A stretch of DNA of 64,000 nucleotides, from IMG/VR virus record IMGVR_UViG_647533160_000003. One strand, written 5' to 3'. This stretch comes from a virus. Lineage: Duplodnaviria; Heunggongvirae; Uroviricota; Caudoviricetes. Under the pieces are notes generated by a model that saw only the letters and a list, made by a program, of their open reading frames with translations, did no database searches and was not told where the DNA came from. Positions 1 through 10,100 of this stretch are shown here, piece by piece. Each line of letters opens with the position of its first letter. The first letter of the stretch is position 1. A program made the position numbers and the translations under genes.

Positions 1-4
1 GGGA

Positions 5-3000
5 ATGTCACAAAACGTAGAGTTTATCCTGTCGCTGGAAGACAAACAGTTTACAGCGTCAATCGATCGTGCGGGGAAACTGCTTACTCGATTTGGTGAG
101 CAGGTAACAAAGCCTGCTCAAAAAATCCAAACCTTTGAACGCTCTTTGGGTTCGGTCGCCCGTATCATTGGCGTTCTGGAAAGCAAGCTCGATTCTACGG
201 CAGATAAACTACAGGATGTAGCTGCCGGTTTTGAGCTTGCTTCAGATGCTACGCGTAAAATGCGTGGTAACATCACCAGCCTCAATTCTGGTCTTAAAGC
301 CCTGATTGAGCGCGTCGATACGACAACTTCTTCAGTAGATAAACTCACCGCGTCATTACGTAAAGTGCAATCAGAGCTAAATGATTTCTCTGATTGGGCG
401 ACCTATGCAAGCAAAAGCGCAAGCCGCTTTGGTACGGAGGTCAAAGAAGCCTCTGCGTCCGTGAGTGGCATGAATACGCGCCTTAATACCACGACGAAGC
501 GACTCAGTAATTGGGGTGTCACAACGACTCAGGCTGCCGAGGGACTGAAAAAGGTTCGTGAGCAGATGGACGAAGTTATCGGGCGTCAGCAACTGATTAG
601 CAAGCCGGTACGTGTTCGTACATCTGGAAGTGGTGATGGTGGTAGCGGTAGCAGGCAGCGTAGCGGCGCTTCTGGCCATAGCGGTAAAAGTAACGAAGGA
701 GGTATGTTCTCTGGCCTTCGTGGCAACATTTTCCTGCTTGGCGAGATCGGAGATGCAGCCAGAACGGTTACTGACATCATGTTTGGGTGGCAGAAGCCTA
801 TTGTTGAAGCTGCGGCCGAAATGGAACGTATGCGGGTGATGCTTCGAGGGTTGAATAAGGAGAAGTCCAACCCTGGCCAGGCTGCCGCTGATGATATGAA
901 GTACATCGTAGACATGGCTCAAAATGCGCCGTTCGCGATGCAGGCGTTAACAGACTCCTTCGTGAAGTTTCGTTCTGCTGGCTTAGATCCAACCGATGGT
1001 TCTCTGAAGGCGCTGGTGGACTCCGTTGCTCGTTTTGGTGGTGATAGTGAGCTGTTGAAACGTGCGGCTGTGGCCGTTCAGCAGATGTCCGGTAAGGGCG
1101 TTGTGTCAATGGAAGAGCTACGTCAGCAATTAGGTGAAGCCGTTCCTAACGCGATGCAGGCAATGGCAGACGCCGCAGGCATCACTATGGGGGAACTAAC
1201 TAAAGCCGTTGCCAGCGGTACGGTTGAGGCAAAGCAGGCGTTGTCTCTGATGTTTGTTGGTCTGCGTGCGGAGAACGAGAACGCAGCGAAAGACATGATG
1301 CAAACCTACACAGGTGCGCTGGCGCAACTTCAGACGTCATTCACGTTATTTGCTGATCGAGTTGGTCAGGCTGGATATCTGGATTCTCTATCAAAGGGGA
1401 TGAAAGAACTGGCTTCAATCATGAATAGCGCCGAAGGGATTTCGTTTGCCAATTCTTTAGGTTCGGGGTTAACGACGGCAATCGATGGGTTGCGTCAGCT
1501 TGCTCAATGGTTAGCAAAGAACCAAGAGCTGGTAATTAATCTCGGTAAGGTCGTGGCCGCGATGGTTGCGTTCAAACTGATGCGAGCAGGGATCATGGGA
1601 GTAGTTGGCGCAGGCAGCCAGATGGTTAGCACCTTTGCCACGATGGCGACCGCCATACAGACTCCATTTAACCTCGGCGCTACAGCAGTAACTCGATTCA
1701 ATCGTGCGGCACGTATGGGGTTGGCTCCGATCCCCTCTCTTATTTTCGCCATCCGTGGGGCGATTACGGGGCTTAAAGGCGCTTTTGCAGGATTAACGGC
1801 GTTCATTGCAGCAAACCCTATAGGGGCAGCATTTACAGTTGCCACTGTAGCTGTTGCTGGCCTAATCACGTACATGACCATGCTCCGCAGCGAAACTTCA
1901 AAGGTCGTTGACGAGATTAGGAAAATACCAGAAGCGATGACAGCGGCCAAACGTGCACAGATGGCGGAGTATAAAGCGCGTCTTGAGCAACAAATCACGC
2001 AAAAGGAACAAGAGTTAAAATCTGGCGAAAAGGTGGTTTATGGGCCGGGTATGGCCGGAACTACAGTAAAGATTAATCAGGATGAACGTAAGCGTATAGA
2101 AAATGAGCTAAATGACCTTCGTAAGAAACGCGATAAAACTACTGGGGCAATTGAACGCGGAGACATTGCTGTAGCCAAACGTCTTGCAAAAGATGCGGCA
2201 GAATCACAGATAGAGAAAATACGGGAAGAGAATAGAGACTTTGCGGCAACATTCGCTAAAGCTCGTCAAGAGGCTCTGGAGAAGATCCAAAAAATCAATG
2301 ATGACGATTCACTTTCTGATGACGAAAAGAACAAACTATTGGCACCGTTACGTGAAACGGTAAACAAAAGCTATCTGGAGCCTGCGCAAAAACTGGTTGA
2401 TTCACTTTCTTCTCGTAAGAATGCTACCGAGAAGCAAATAGCGACTCTTAATGATCAGCTTGAAAAAGCGAAAAAGGAAGGAAACACCGAGCAGATCAAG
2501 AAACTGCAAGGCAGTATTCGTGGTTATCAGGAGAATTTGGAAGTCGTCGCTCAGGAACTGACTCAGGCAGAGTTCGAGAGAGATAACGCTGCCAAAACTG
2601 GTAAGGGCGTAATGTCAAACCAGGGGACTGTTCTTGGGTTAGGTACAACTGATAAAGCTGCTCAGAAGGCGTTGGCGCAATATATGCGAAACCAGATGGA
2701 TTCTGCGACTTATCAGCGTACTTTGCCTGACGGCACTCCGATGATGGACTTCGAAGGTAAGCCGATTATTGGGCCTAAACAACTCAAGACGCAGCTTAAT
2801 TTGCAGAAAGCATCCAGTGCCAGCTCTCTGGAGAAAATGAGCGATGAAGAGCGTGCCGCAGCCATTGCTGCACTGACTAAAGCTCGTGAACAGGATGCAG
2901 CAGCTGCCGAGAAAGCAGCCCAACGATCAGCTAACGCCTCGCAGCGTGCGGCCAAGAAGGAACAGGCAGCGCAACAGAAACTGGCAGCCGGATACCAGAA

Positions 3001-4570
3001 GGCTCTGGACAAAGCCGATCAGCTTATGGGGCAAATGGGTGAAAGCTCTAAGGCTACGGTATCGTTTGATCAGTCTCTTCGCGATACAACAAAATCGCTA
3101 ACTGATTTGGCTAATGCGGTTCCTAACGAGTTCATCACTCAAGAGATGATCGACAAGGCGAAAAAACGTCTTGAAGACCTCAAAAATGCGACACCTGAAT
3201 ATCGCGAGATGTTTAATCGCCGCAATGTTGAGCAGATGATCTCCACTTGGGCACCGGAGGCGGATTCCATTATTAGTGCTGGCTATACGCCGTCTCGTGA
3301 AGAGAAAGTTGCTGATTTCGAAGACACCTACAACCGCAATCTCAAAGCGTTGATAGAACTTCGTGATAAGGCGTCTGATCCTAAAGTCGTGGCGCTTTAT
3401 ACAAAGAAAATCAATCAACTTATTGCTGCTGGCAATACCGCGCTTATTAAAGAGACGGGGACTGCGACGCAGAAGTTGGCACTGGAATACGAAAACCTGG
3501 CAGAGCAGATCGAAAGCACCTGGACTGATTTGTTTAGTGGCTTAACTGATGTCCTGACTGATTTCGTTATTAACGGGAAGATGAGCTTCTCCAGCCTGTC
3601 TCAGTCCATTTTGAAAGATATCACCAATATGGTCGTGAAGTCGCAGATCACGCTGCCTCTAATGAACATGTTGGGGATGGGAACCACCGCAGCTGGTAGT
3701 TCACAGAGTGGTAATTTGCTGACCGGGGTTGCTTCCGCCGTTGCCAATCAAGGGGTACGAATGGGCAACACTGTTAACGGCGACAAGTCGGTAGGAGAAG
3801 CCACGAAGGAGACGTCCAGTTCGGTAACTGGATTGGGGCAAACGACACAGCAGACCACCAGCGCAATTGGCACAGCAACAAATGCGATTGGTAGCTGGGT
3901 ATCAGGGCTATTTGATAGCACCGAAGCCAAAGATGCTGAGACAAAAGCAGTGAAGGATTCCATCTTCTCGATGCAGAACCTCAGCTCTGTTACCGGTGCT
4001 CTGTCTGCCGCGTTTGCAATGCTTGGAGCTAATGCTTCCGGCTCTGGTAATAAGTGGTTGAATTTCGGCGCGACAGTTGCATCTGGGTTGGTTTCAGTAT
4101 GGGCAGGTGGTGGTTTCGACAGTGTGACATCAAGCTCTGCTAAAACCGCAACTAGCAGTGTGGCTGACGGAACTAAAGGCATTCCTGCAATCCCGAAGTT
4201 TGCAAATGGAGGAATATTCGGAAAAGACGGCGTGATCCCGCTCCGGGCATACCAGAAAGGCGGTATTGCTAACTCACCTCAATTAGCGTTGTTTGGGGAA
4301 GGTTCTATGAATGAGGCGTATGTTCCATTGCCTGATGGCCGAACAATCCCTGTAACGCTCAGTACCGATGGTATGAGTGGAGGCGGAAATGTTCTTTCTC
4401 CTGTATCAATTGAGATCAACGTCCATAGTGACGGTAGCACGACAGAATCCGGCGATACAGAAAGCATATGGAACAATGCTGCTAAACGGGTGAAAGCCGT
4501 CGTACTTGAGACTATCGCTCAAGAAAAACGCCCTGGCGGATCACTCAACCCAAACACTCAACGTAACTAA
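5..4570 (+). CDS. tail tape measure protein (1521 aa)
   Basis: Very long ORF directly upstream of lambda-type tail-tip genes; coiled-coil-rich composition with central hydrophobic segments and Gly/Ser-rich C-terminal part. ATG at 5 is at the window edge so upstream context is unseen. Confidence 0.8.
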   Translation: MSQNVEFILSLEDKQFTASIDRAGKLLTRFGEQVTKPAQKIQTFERSLGSVARIIGVLESKLDSTADKLQDVAAGFELASDATRKMRGNITSLNSGLKALIERVDTTTSSVDKLTASLRKVQSELNDFSDWATYASKSASRFGTEVKEASASVSGMNTRLNTTTKRLSNWGVTTTQAAEGLKKVREQMDEVIGRQQLISKPVRVRTSGSGDGGSGSRQRSGASGHSGKSNEGGMFSGLRGNIFLLGEIGDAARTVTDIMFGWQKPIVEAAAEMERMRVMLRGLNKEKSNPGQAAADDMKYIVDMAQNAPFAMQALTDSFVKFRSAGLDPTDGSLKALVDSVARFGGDSELLKRAAVAVQQMSGKGVVSMEELRQQLGEAVPNAMQAMADAAGITMGELTKAVASGTVEAKQALSLMFVGLRAENENAAKDMMQTYTGALAQLQTSFTLFADRVGQAGYLDSLSKGMKELASIMNSAEGISFANSLGSGLTTAIDGLRQLAQWLAKNQELVINLGKVVAAMVAFKLMRAGIMGVVGAGSQMVSTFATMATAIQTPFNLGATAVTRFNRAARMGLAPIPSLIFAIRGAITGLKGAFAGLTAFIAANPIGAAFTVATVAVAGLITYMTMLRSETSKVVDEIRKIPEAMTAAKRAQMAEYKARLEQQITQKEQELKSGEKVVYGPGMAGTTVKINQDERKRIENELNDLRKKRDKTTGAIERGDIAVAKRLAKDAAESQIEKIREENRDFAATFAKARQEALEKIQKINDDDSLSDDEKNKLLAPLRETVNKSYLEPAQKLVDSLSSRKNATEKQIATLNDQLEKAKKEGNTEQIKKLQGSIRGYQENLEVVAQELTQAEFERDNAAKTGKGVMSNQGTVLGLGTTDKAAQKALAQYMRNQMDSATYQRTLPDGTPMMDFEGKPIIGPKQLKTQLNLQKASSASSLEKMSDEERAAAIAALTKAREQDAAAAEKAAQRSANASQRAAKKEQAAQQKLAAGYQKALDKADQLMGQMGESSKATVSFDQSLRDTTKSLTDLANAVPNEFITQEMIDKAKKRLEDLKNATPEYREMFNRRNVEQMISTWAPEADSIISAGYTPSREEKVADFEDTYNRNLKALIELRDKASDPKVVALYTKKINQLIAAGNTALIKETGTATQKLALEYENLAEQIESTWTDLFSGLTDVLTDFVINGKMSFSSLSQSILKDITNMVVKSQITLPLMNMLGMGTTAAGSSQSGNLLTGVASAVANQGVRMGNTVNGDKSVGEATKETSSSVTGLGQTTQQTTSAIGTATNAIGSWVSGLFDSTEAKDAETKAVKDSIFSMQNLSSVTGALSAAFAMLGANASGSGNKWLNFGATVASGLVSVWAGGGFDSVTSSSAKTATSSVADGTKGIPAIPKFANGGIFGKDGVIPLRAYQKGGIANSPQLALFGEGSMNEAYVPLPDGRTIPVTLSTDGMSGGGNVLSPVSIEINVHSDGSTTESGDTESIWNNAAKRVKAVVLETIAQEKRPGGSLNPNTQRN

Positions 4571-4612
4571 CTATCGACTGCCCCGGTCGGGGCAGTCTTA
4601 CAAGGATGTGAG

Positions 4613-4948
4613 ATGGAAAGACAAACGTTTAATTGGTATCCAGATTACGAATCTGAAAAAAGCGTAAAACCGAATGTAACGGTACTTAATTTTGGTGATG
4701 ACTACGAGCAGCGACAGGCTCAAGGTCTTAATCGTATTAAAGAAGAATGGTCGTTAACCTTTACCAGATCATACAACGAAATTAATGCAATCGATGACTT
4801 CCTGACTGAGCGATCAGGCGTTGAATCGTTCTATTGGGTTAATCCAAGAGGCAAGCAGATTGTAGTTGTATGTGACAGTCATACGGTCAAGCGATATCAG
4901 GGGTACTGTGTCTTAACAGCTACATTCAGACAAGTATTTGAGGCTTAA
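4613..4948 (+). CDS. minor tail protein, lambda gpM-like (111 aa)
   Basis: Size and position after tape measure; FGDDYEQR motif recalls lambda M (FGDGYSQR). Confidence 0.6.
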   Translation: MERQTFNWYPDYESEKSVKPNVTVLNFGDDYEQRQAQGLNRIKEEWSLTFTRSYNEINAIDDFLTERSGVESFYWVNPRGKQIVVVCDSHTVKRYQGYCVLTATFRQVFEA

Positions 4949-5030
4949 GTATCTGGATAAGTAAGTACTAATTTACTATCATTGTGGCGCTGACAGGATG
5001 TTAGCGCCTACTTATTTCAAGGATGAAACA

Positions 5031-5729
5031 ATGGGAATTAAAGCTGATATTCAGAGCTTATCTCCCTCTGCACTCATTGAGTTGTTCGTACTGGATATGT
5101 CGAACACAACTTCAGGGGGGAAGCTATTCTTCCACGCCGGAACAAACGAACTGATGCAACCGGTCGTCTGGCAAGGAGTGACATACGAGCCGTGGCCAAT
5201 CAAAGCATCAGGCTTTGACAAAACTGGCCAGGGAACGTTGCCACGTCCAAAAATTCAGGTATCGAACTTTGCCGGAACCGTCTCTGCGGAAGTTCAAGCG
5301 AACGACGATCTTGTTGGCTGCCGCATTATTCGCAAGATGACGCTGGCTCGCTTCCTCGATGCCGTTAATTTTAAAGACGGCAACCCAACAGCAGATCCAA
5401 ACCAACATTTCCCGGATGAAATGTGGTTTATCGAACAGAAAACTCTCGAAACTCATCAGGTTGTCGAGTTTGAATTGTCCAGTGTGTTCGATTTGATGGG
5501 GGTGCAACTGCCGTATCGTCAGATCATTAAAAACACCTGCCCGTGGAAATACCGAGGGCCAGAATGCGGCTATACCGGTCCATATTTCGACAAAAATAAC
5601 CAGCAGACGTCTATGTCTGGTGCGGATTACTGCACAAAACGTTATGACGCCTGTAATGCGCGTCGGAATTATTTTGCCGACGGTGTGATCCATTTTGGCG
5701 GGTTTATTGGAGCTACGCGGTATGGGTAA
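5031..5729 (+). CDS. minor tail protein, lambda gpL-like (233 aa)
   Basis: VVWQGVTYEPWPIKASGF, ARFLDAVNF and CPWKYRGPECGYTGP blocks match lambda L as recalled; ATG at 5031 with AAGGA upstream preferred over the track start at 4998. Confidence 0.75.
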   Translation: MGIKADIQSLSPSALIELFVLDMSNTTSGGKLFFHAGTNELMQPVVWQGVTYEPWPIKASGFDKTGQGTLPRPKIQVSNFAGTVSAEVQANDDLVGCRIIRKMTLARFLDAVNFKDGNPTADPNQHFPDEMWFIEQKTLETHQVVEFELSSVFDLMGVQLPYRQIIKNTCPWKYRGPECGYTGPYFDKNNQQTSMSGADYCTKRYDACNARRNYFADGVIHFGGFIGATRYG

Positions 5730-6519
5730 TAAAGCAATCCCTGAGCTTGGCTCTGACGTTATGCAGCAAATCTATCTCTGCGCCATAAATCGCTACCCTA
5801 ATGAAGCGTGTGGCTTTCTGGTTAGAACTAATGGCGACAAATATCGCTTTATGGAAGCGCGGAATGTTTCGGAGAACCCGCAGAACACTTTTGTAATGCA
5901 CGTTGACGACATTATGGCGGCAGAGGATGCGGGTGATGTTATCGCAATCTGGCATTCACATACTGATGAATCAGTAGAAGCATCTGATGCCGATCGTGCA
6001 GGCTGCGAAGCGACGGAAGTTCCGTGGATGATTCTGGCTATTCGCAAGAATGTTGAGGGAGACGCCACTTTCCATTTTAGCGAGATGAATGTGATCACAC
6101 CTGATGGTTTCGAAATGCCATACCTGGGCAGACCGTATGTATTTGGCGTATTCGATTGCTGGATGTTGTGTCGGGACTATTTGAAGCGTGAGTTTAACGT
6201 CGAACTAAACCCGAACGCACATCTGCATATTCCATCGTGGTACACCGGCGATAAAGACATTCTCGACCAGAACTACCGAAATGAAGGATTGGTACGGCTT
6301 GCGCCCGGAACAGAGCCTCAACGTGGGGACATCTTCTTTATCCAATACGGGAAAATGCCTGACCACTGCGCTGTTTATATCGGCGATGGAATGATTCTTC
6401 ATCACCAGATCGACCGCCTAAGTTGTCGTGCTTATTACGGCGGAATGTATCAGAAACATACGACGCATCACTTGCGTCACAGAGACTTGCTCAAGGGAGA
6501 TGAGACGTGTCTGAGTTAG
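5722..6519 (+). CDS. tail assembly protein, lambda gpK-like (JAB/MPN plus NlpC/P60-like)
   Basis: HSHTDESVEASDADRAG (JAB/MPN-like metal site) followed by a Cys/His-containing C-terminal half; position between L and I. Start 5722 ATG chosen over in-frame TTG at 5695. Confidence 0.65.
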   Translation: MGNKAIPELGSDVMQQIYLCAINRYPNEACGFLVRTNGDKYRFMEARNVSENPQNTFVMHVDDIMAAEDAGDVIAIWHSHTDESVEASDADRAGCEATEVPWMILAIRKNVEGDATFHFSEMNVITPDGFEMPYLGRPYVFGVFDCWMLCRDYLKREFNVELNPNAHLHIPSWYTGDKDILDQNYRNEGLVRLAPGTEPQRGDIFFIQYGKMPDHCAVYIGDGMILHHQIDRLSCRAYYGGMYQKHTTHHLRHRDLLKGDETCLS

Positions 6520-7100
6520 TTCATGTGCAGCTTGGCGGCCCTATGGCCAAACATTTTGGCCGCCACTGGCATCTAAAGGTTCGTAATACAAAACAGGCTA
6601 TGGATTTAATTGAGGCCAACAAGCCTGGGTTTAAAGCATGGATGAAGCGCAATATCAAAACCTATGACAGATACCACATCCAGATCACCAATAAACAGGG
6701 CCACAAGTGGTCTGTGGACGAGAGTGAATATCAGATGATGGGGCAGTCTGAAAACATTGCCAAAATTCGCATTACCCCTGTTCCGCGAGGAAGCGGCGGA
6801 TCTGCTTTTGGGTGGTTTCAGACGGTTGTTGGAGCCACTTTATTGGTGGCATCTTTTTTTGGCTTGCCCGCTCTTGCCCCTCTCGGTTTGTCACTGATGA
6901 TGGGCGGTATAGCGCAAATCATATCTCCGCAAGCCACTAACGAAAGTGTGAGGCAGGCGGATAACTCGAACTCTTATTACTTCGATGGACCTCAAAACAC
7001 AACAAACCAGGGGAACCCTGTACAGCTTATCTATGGCGAGGAAATTTTAGTTGGCTCACAGGTCGTGAGTTCTTCTATCACCATCGACCAGCTTATGTAA
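6507..7100 (+). CDS. tail assembly protein, lambda gpI-like (197 aa)
   Basis: Position between K-like and J-like genes; hydrophobic C-terminal half; GTG start with AAGGGAGA upstream. Confidence 0.5.
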   Translation: MSELVHVQLGGPMAKHFGRHWHLKVRNTKQAMDLIEANKPGFKAWMKRNIKTYDRYHIQITNKQGHKWSVDESEYQMMGQSENIAKIRITPVPRGSGGSAFGWFQTVVGATLLVASFFGLPALAPLGLSLMMGGIAQIISPQATNESVRQADNSNSYYFDGPQNTTNQGNPVQLIYGEEILVGSQVVSSSITIDQLM

Positions 7101-7117
7101 TCAAGGATTTTTTGGAC

Positions 7118-10100
7118 ATGGAACAGTTCAAGAAGAAAAAATTACCGCTTCTTATTGCCGGTGCTGGTGGCAAGAAAAGTAAAAGCTCCAGCCGTACCCC
7201 GGTTGAAGCTGATGATACTGTCAATTCTCGTGCTATGGCAGCCATCCTCGACCTTCTTGGCGAGGGGGTTATCGGTGGCCTGGTAAATGGCGCAAAGTCG
7301 ATCTTCATCGACGATTTACCGATCTTGAATGAAGATGGCTCTTCCAACTTCAGCGGTATTACATGGGATTTTCGTGACGGCTCACAAGACCAGACGCCAA
7401 TGGCTGGTTTTGATTTTGTTGAAACGCCTAAGTCCGTAAATATTCAGCTCAAAAAAACACACGACGTTACGGTTTCAATCGATAACGATGAAGCTGATCG
7501 CGTTCGTGTCATCATGAAATTCCCCTCTTTACGTAGCGTTGATAAAAGCTCTGGCGATACAAATGGCACTACGGTGAAGTACAAATTCCAGATCGCCAAC
7601 GGAGACGCAACATTTTCTGATGTAGTGGCAGAAGGTGAGAAAAGCGTTGATATCACGCTAACGGCAAAGAAAACCGGCGTGTATTACCGTAGCTATGAGC
7701 TGAAACTGCCTAAGCCTGGTCGTGCATACAAGGTTAGGGTGATTCGTCTTACAGATGATAACAGTAGCCAGTACCTCTACAACGACACATGGGTTGATTC
7801 CATCGGTGAGATTGTAGATACACCCATGAACTACCCTAACTCTGCACTTGTTGGCTTAAAGGTCAATTCAGAGCAGTTTGGTAGCACAATGCCTTCTCGT
7901 TCGTATTTGGTACGCGGTATCAAAATTCGAGTGCCGTCAAACTACAACGAATACACCAATACTTATGTCGGCGTATGGGACGGTACTTTTAAGCTGTTGT
8001 CTTCTTCAAACCCTGCGTGGATTCTCTACGATTTGCTTACCAATACTCGGTATGGTCTTGGGCAATTTGTGTCGGAATCCATGATTGACCTCGGCCAGCT
8101 CTACCAGATTGGTCGATATTGTGACGAAGAGGTCGATGATGGCTTTGGGGGTAAAGAGAAACGCTTTGCAATCAATACGCAGATCACCAGTCGACAAGAC
8201 GCATACCGATTAATTCAGGATATTGCTGGTGCATTCCGCGGCATGGTGTTTTGGGCTGGTGGCATGGTTAACATCATGCAGGATAGCCCATCAGATCCGG
8301 TAATGATGTTTACCAACTCCAACGTCAAAGATGGACTGTTTACCTATAAAGGTTCTGCGCGTAAAGATCGCCCATCCGTTGCGCTCGTAACCTACAACAA
8401 CAAGGAGGACGGTTATAAGCAAAACATCGAGTACGTTGAAGATCAGGACGCAATGCGCCGTTATGGTGAGCGTAAAACAGAAGTCGTAGCATTTGGATGT
8501 ACAAGCCGAGGCCAGGCTCACCGAGTTGGTTTGTGGCTTTTGTATACCGCCAGAATGGAGTCGGATGTAATTACATTTACTGCCGGCTTAGACGCCTCAT
8601 TTCTGATGCCTGGTGAAACCGTTCTGATTCAGAACAAATATCGTGCAGGTAAACGTAACTCCGGTCGAATTGTGGAGTTTACCAAAAACAGCATCACTCT
8701 CGATGCGCCTGTGTCGTTAGCTAAAAGCGGCAGCTTTATTCGGATATTGAATCAGGAAGGCAAAATCGTTGAACGCGATGTTCTTGAAACTGGCGAAAAC
8801 ATAACAAAGGTTACGTTTTCAAAAGCCCTGTCGTCAGCGGAAACGCCTGTTTTGAACGGTGTCTGGACAATTACAGAACCAGATCTCGAACCTATGCGCG
8901 TTCGCATCGTTAACATCGCTCAGGGGGAAACGTCGGGTAGCTTTGACATCACCGCTGTTGAAAACAATCCGTCTAAATATGAGGCGATCGACAATGGTGC
9001 AACGCTTATCCCGCAGAATACGACGGTATTGGACCCGACTTACTCCAAGCCGTCTAATTTGCAAATCACTGAAGGGACTTACCTCTCAAGCCCGGGTAAC
9101 CTGTCAGTAAAACTGACTGCAACATGGGAAGGGAAATCTCCAGAGTATTGGATCAGTTGGCGACGTTCTGATGAAAACAATGTATCGAACTGGAAATCGG
9201 CGCGTGTAACCGAAGAGCAATACGAAATTGTTAATGTCGCGGAGAATGGACGCTACGACTTCCAACTGTATGCGGTTTCATTCAACGGTAAAAAAACAGA
9301 AATTATCAGTACCGTTTATCAGGTGCTGGGCACAATGACACCGCCGGATGCACCAACGTCATTAACGGCCGTTGGAGACTATCGTAATGTGATACTGAAT
9401 TGGGTTAATCCAGATTCGGTAGACCTTGATCACATTAATGTTTACGCATCCCAGACCAATAATCTGGATACGGCGAAACTGATCGCAGAGTCTGCAAGCA
9501 CCACCTTTACACATGCTGGTCTTGGGGATAGTGAAACGTGGTATTACTGGGTTCGAGCTTCGAACAAGCGCGGCATGTTAAGTCCTCCGAACTCAAACTT
9601 GGGTACAGAGGCGACAACTCGCGATGTACTGTCGTTCCTGGAAGGTAAGATTACATCGTCTGAGCTTGGTCAGGCTCTGCTTGAGGACCTCAACAGCAAA
9701 GCCTCTCAAGAAGCAGTTGACGAGTTAAATGAGCATATCAACCAGAGCGTCGAATCTTTGGAGGGGGCGGTAAACGACGTTAAGGAAGATATAGCTGAAT
9801 TAGATAAGCAGTTCAGCGATAACCTCGCGGATTTTGAAATAAAATTCAACGAGCGTAGCGATGCTTTGGAGAACGCACAAACCGAGCTTAAAGGTGAGGT
9901 TTCGGCAACGATCGACAAGGTCAATGAAGCGTTTGAAAAAATTGATGCTACTGATGCTGCAATTGTTGAAATCGAAAACACCGTATCTGAACACGATAAA
10001 GCTCTCGCTAATACAGTCGAGGCAATAAAGGCTGCAAGAGATGAAGCGGCGGCTCTTATTGCTAAGGAAAGCGAGGCTCGTGTTGAAGGCGATGCTGCAA

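Noticed and set aside
118-1998. Antisense ORFs inside the tape measure gene (118-348, 377-922, 798-1109, 1504-1998)
   Set aside because: Nested in a long, well-supported gene on the other strand; no start context; typical spurious ORFs.
4578-4595. Hairpin CTGCCCCGGTCGGGGCAG between tape measure and the M-like gene considered as a terminator
   Set aside because: No T-run follows and the downstream tail genes are plainly co-transcribed; at most an attenuator or RNA-stability element.
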